Source of the DNA: Salmonella phage IKe | Length of the DNA stretch: 6,883 nucleotides | Strand: one strand, 5' to 3' | Sequence record: NC_002014.1 | In this document: positions 6,554-6,883 of the stretch, piece by piece | Numbering within the stretch: the stretch's first letter is position 1 | Layout of the letters: every line of letters begins with the position of its first letter | The notes under the pieces: generated by a model | What the model saw: the letters and a program-made list of their open reading frames with translations, nothing else | What the model was told of the DNA's origin: nothing | The model's database searches: none | Made by a program: the position numbers and the translations under genes

Positions 6554-6597
6554 GAGTCCACTATGTTTAATAGTGGACTCTTGTTGCATTTTGCAAC
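6554..6597 (+). other. Viral (+) strand origin core: gpII nick-site hairpin plus adjacent hairpin
   Basis: GAGTCCACTAT(6554-6564)-gttta-ATAGTGGACTC(6570-6580) is followed by GTTGCA(6583-6588)-ttt-TGCAAC(6592-6597). f1 has GAGTCCACGTTCTTT^AATAGTGGACTCTTGTTCCAAACTGGAAC. By homology the nick is predicted between T6568 and A6569. Confidence 0.85.
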
Positions 6598-6600
6598 GTG

Positions 6601-6798
6601 CTACAGCCCTCTCTCCTTCAAAACTCCTTCGATTGCTTCTTCAAGTTTATGTTTTATAAGATAATTTATCAGTTCTGATTTTTTTATAGGCAAACCAGCT
6701 CTTTTTGTTGCTTCGACAGTTGCCGTTACCAGTAAATTTTGCATGTGCCTATTGATAGTTACTGTAGTTCTACTGCCTCTTTTACCTAGTGTATTCAT
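6601..6798 (-). CDS. Hypothetical 65-aa protein, possible ribbon-helix-helix (CopG/Arc/MetJ-like) DNA-binding regulator, divergent from gene II
   Basis: This is the only ORF of 65 aa or more that does not overlap a canonical gene. On the minus strand, ATG (6798-6796) is preceded by AGGA (6810-6807) with an 8-nt spacer. The sequence fits strand-helix-turn-helix: SRTTVTINRH (alternating beta pattern), MQNLLVTATVEATKRAG, then LPIKKSELINYLIKHKLEEAI, where the SELI-type helix start is typical of RHH helix B. Against a real gene: it is short, rich in rare codons (AGA x4, AGG, ATA x3, CTA), and has no convincing sigma70 promoter by eye. No search was possible. Confidence 0.4.
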   Translation of the reverse strand: MNTLGKRGSRTTVTINRHMQNLLVTATVEATKRAGLPIKKSELINYLIKHKLEEAIEGVLKERGL

Positions 6799-6828
6799 AA
6801 AATAAATCCTAAAGATCTTTACAAATAG

Positions 6829-6856
6829 TTGCGTTTAAATTTACATGTGTTAAATT
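6829..6856 (+). promoter_or_regulatory. Candidate gene II promoter (-35 TTGCGT, 16-nt spacer, extended -10 TGtTAAATT)
   Basis: TTGCGT lies at 6829-6834, TG at 6848-6849 and TAAATT at 6851-6856. This predicts a start near 6863 and a leader of roughly 27 nt that wraps to the gene II ATG at 7. The motif match is by eye only. Ff phages have a strong promoter directly upstream of gene II. Confidence 0.3.
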
Positions 6857-6883
6857 ACGCACATGGTGAGTGTTTGAGTGCTT

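Noticed and set aside
6811-6820. The AAGATCTT/GATC palindrome as a Dam-methylation switch
   Set aside because: A single GATC within a 10-bp palindrome is insufficient evidence. GATC also occurs at 6465 and 6528 without pattern. The palindrome is kept only as part of the candidate operator region.
6152-6883. Search for CRISPR repeats, IS or transposon ends, tRNA-like structures, and integrase or attP/dif sites in the intergenic region
   Set aside because: Only short (6-15 nt) repeats and origin-type hairpins are present. There are no regularly spaced repeats, no terminal inverted repeats bracketing an ORF, and no cloverleaf. I recognised no XerCD dif-like 28-mer by eye.

Overview
The window reads as a complete, circularly permuted genome of an Ff-like filamentous ssDNA phage (Inovirus). 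All canonical genes are on the + strand in the classical order II(X)-V-VII-IX-VIII-III-VI-I(XI)-IV, followed by a ~730-nt intergenic region (IG) holding the replication and packaging signals. The proteins are clear homologues of f1/M13/fd proteins but diverged. From memory, the gene V protein, the 53-aa mature coat protein and the single Gly-rich linker in pIII match the IncN-pilus-specific phage IKe. Its published genome length as I recall it (6883 nt) equals the window length. I could not run an alignment to confirm this. The window starts at a GAATTC site 6 nt before the gene II ATG, so the gene II promoter and leader lie at the 3' end (about 6825-6883) and wrap to position 1. Several IG blocks are near-identical to the f1 origin as I remember it: the (-) origin hairpin, a 30-nt block, and the gpII nick hairpin GAGTCCAC...AATAGTGGACTC. 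There is no integrase, transposase, CRISPR array, tRNA or recognisable defence system. The one element the canonical Ff gene set does not explain is a 65-aa ORF on the opposite strand (6601-6798), between the (+) origin and gene II. It has a ribbon-helix-helix-like sequence pattern, a Shine-Dalgarno (SD) motif, and a repeat- and palindrome-rich 91-nt divergent region shared with gene II. I flag it as a candidate divergent regulator, not a demonstrated gene. Other points worth a second look are an expanded, repeat-containing spacer just 5' of the nick hairpin and a long imperfect hairpin across the gene IV stop codon.
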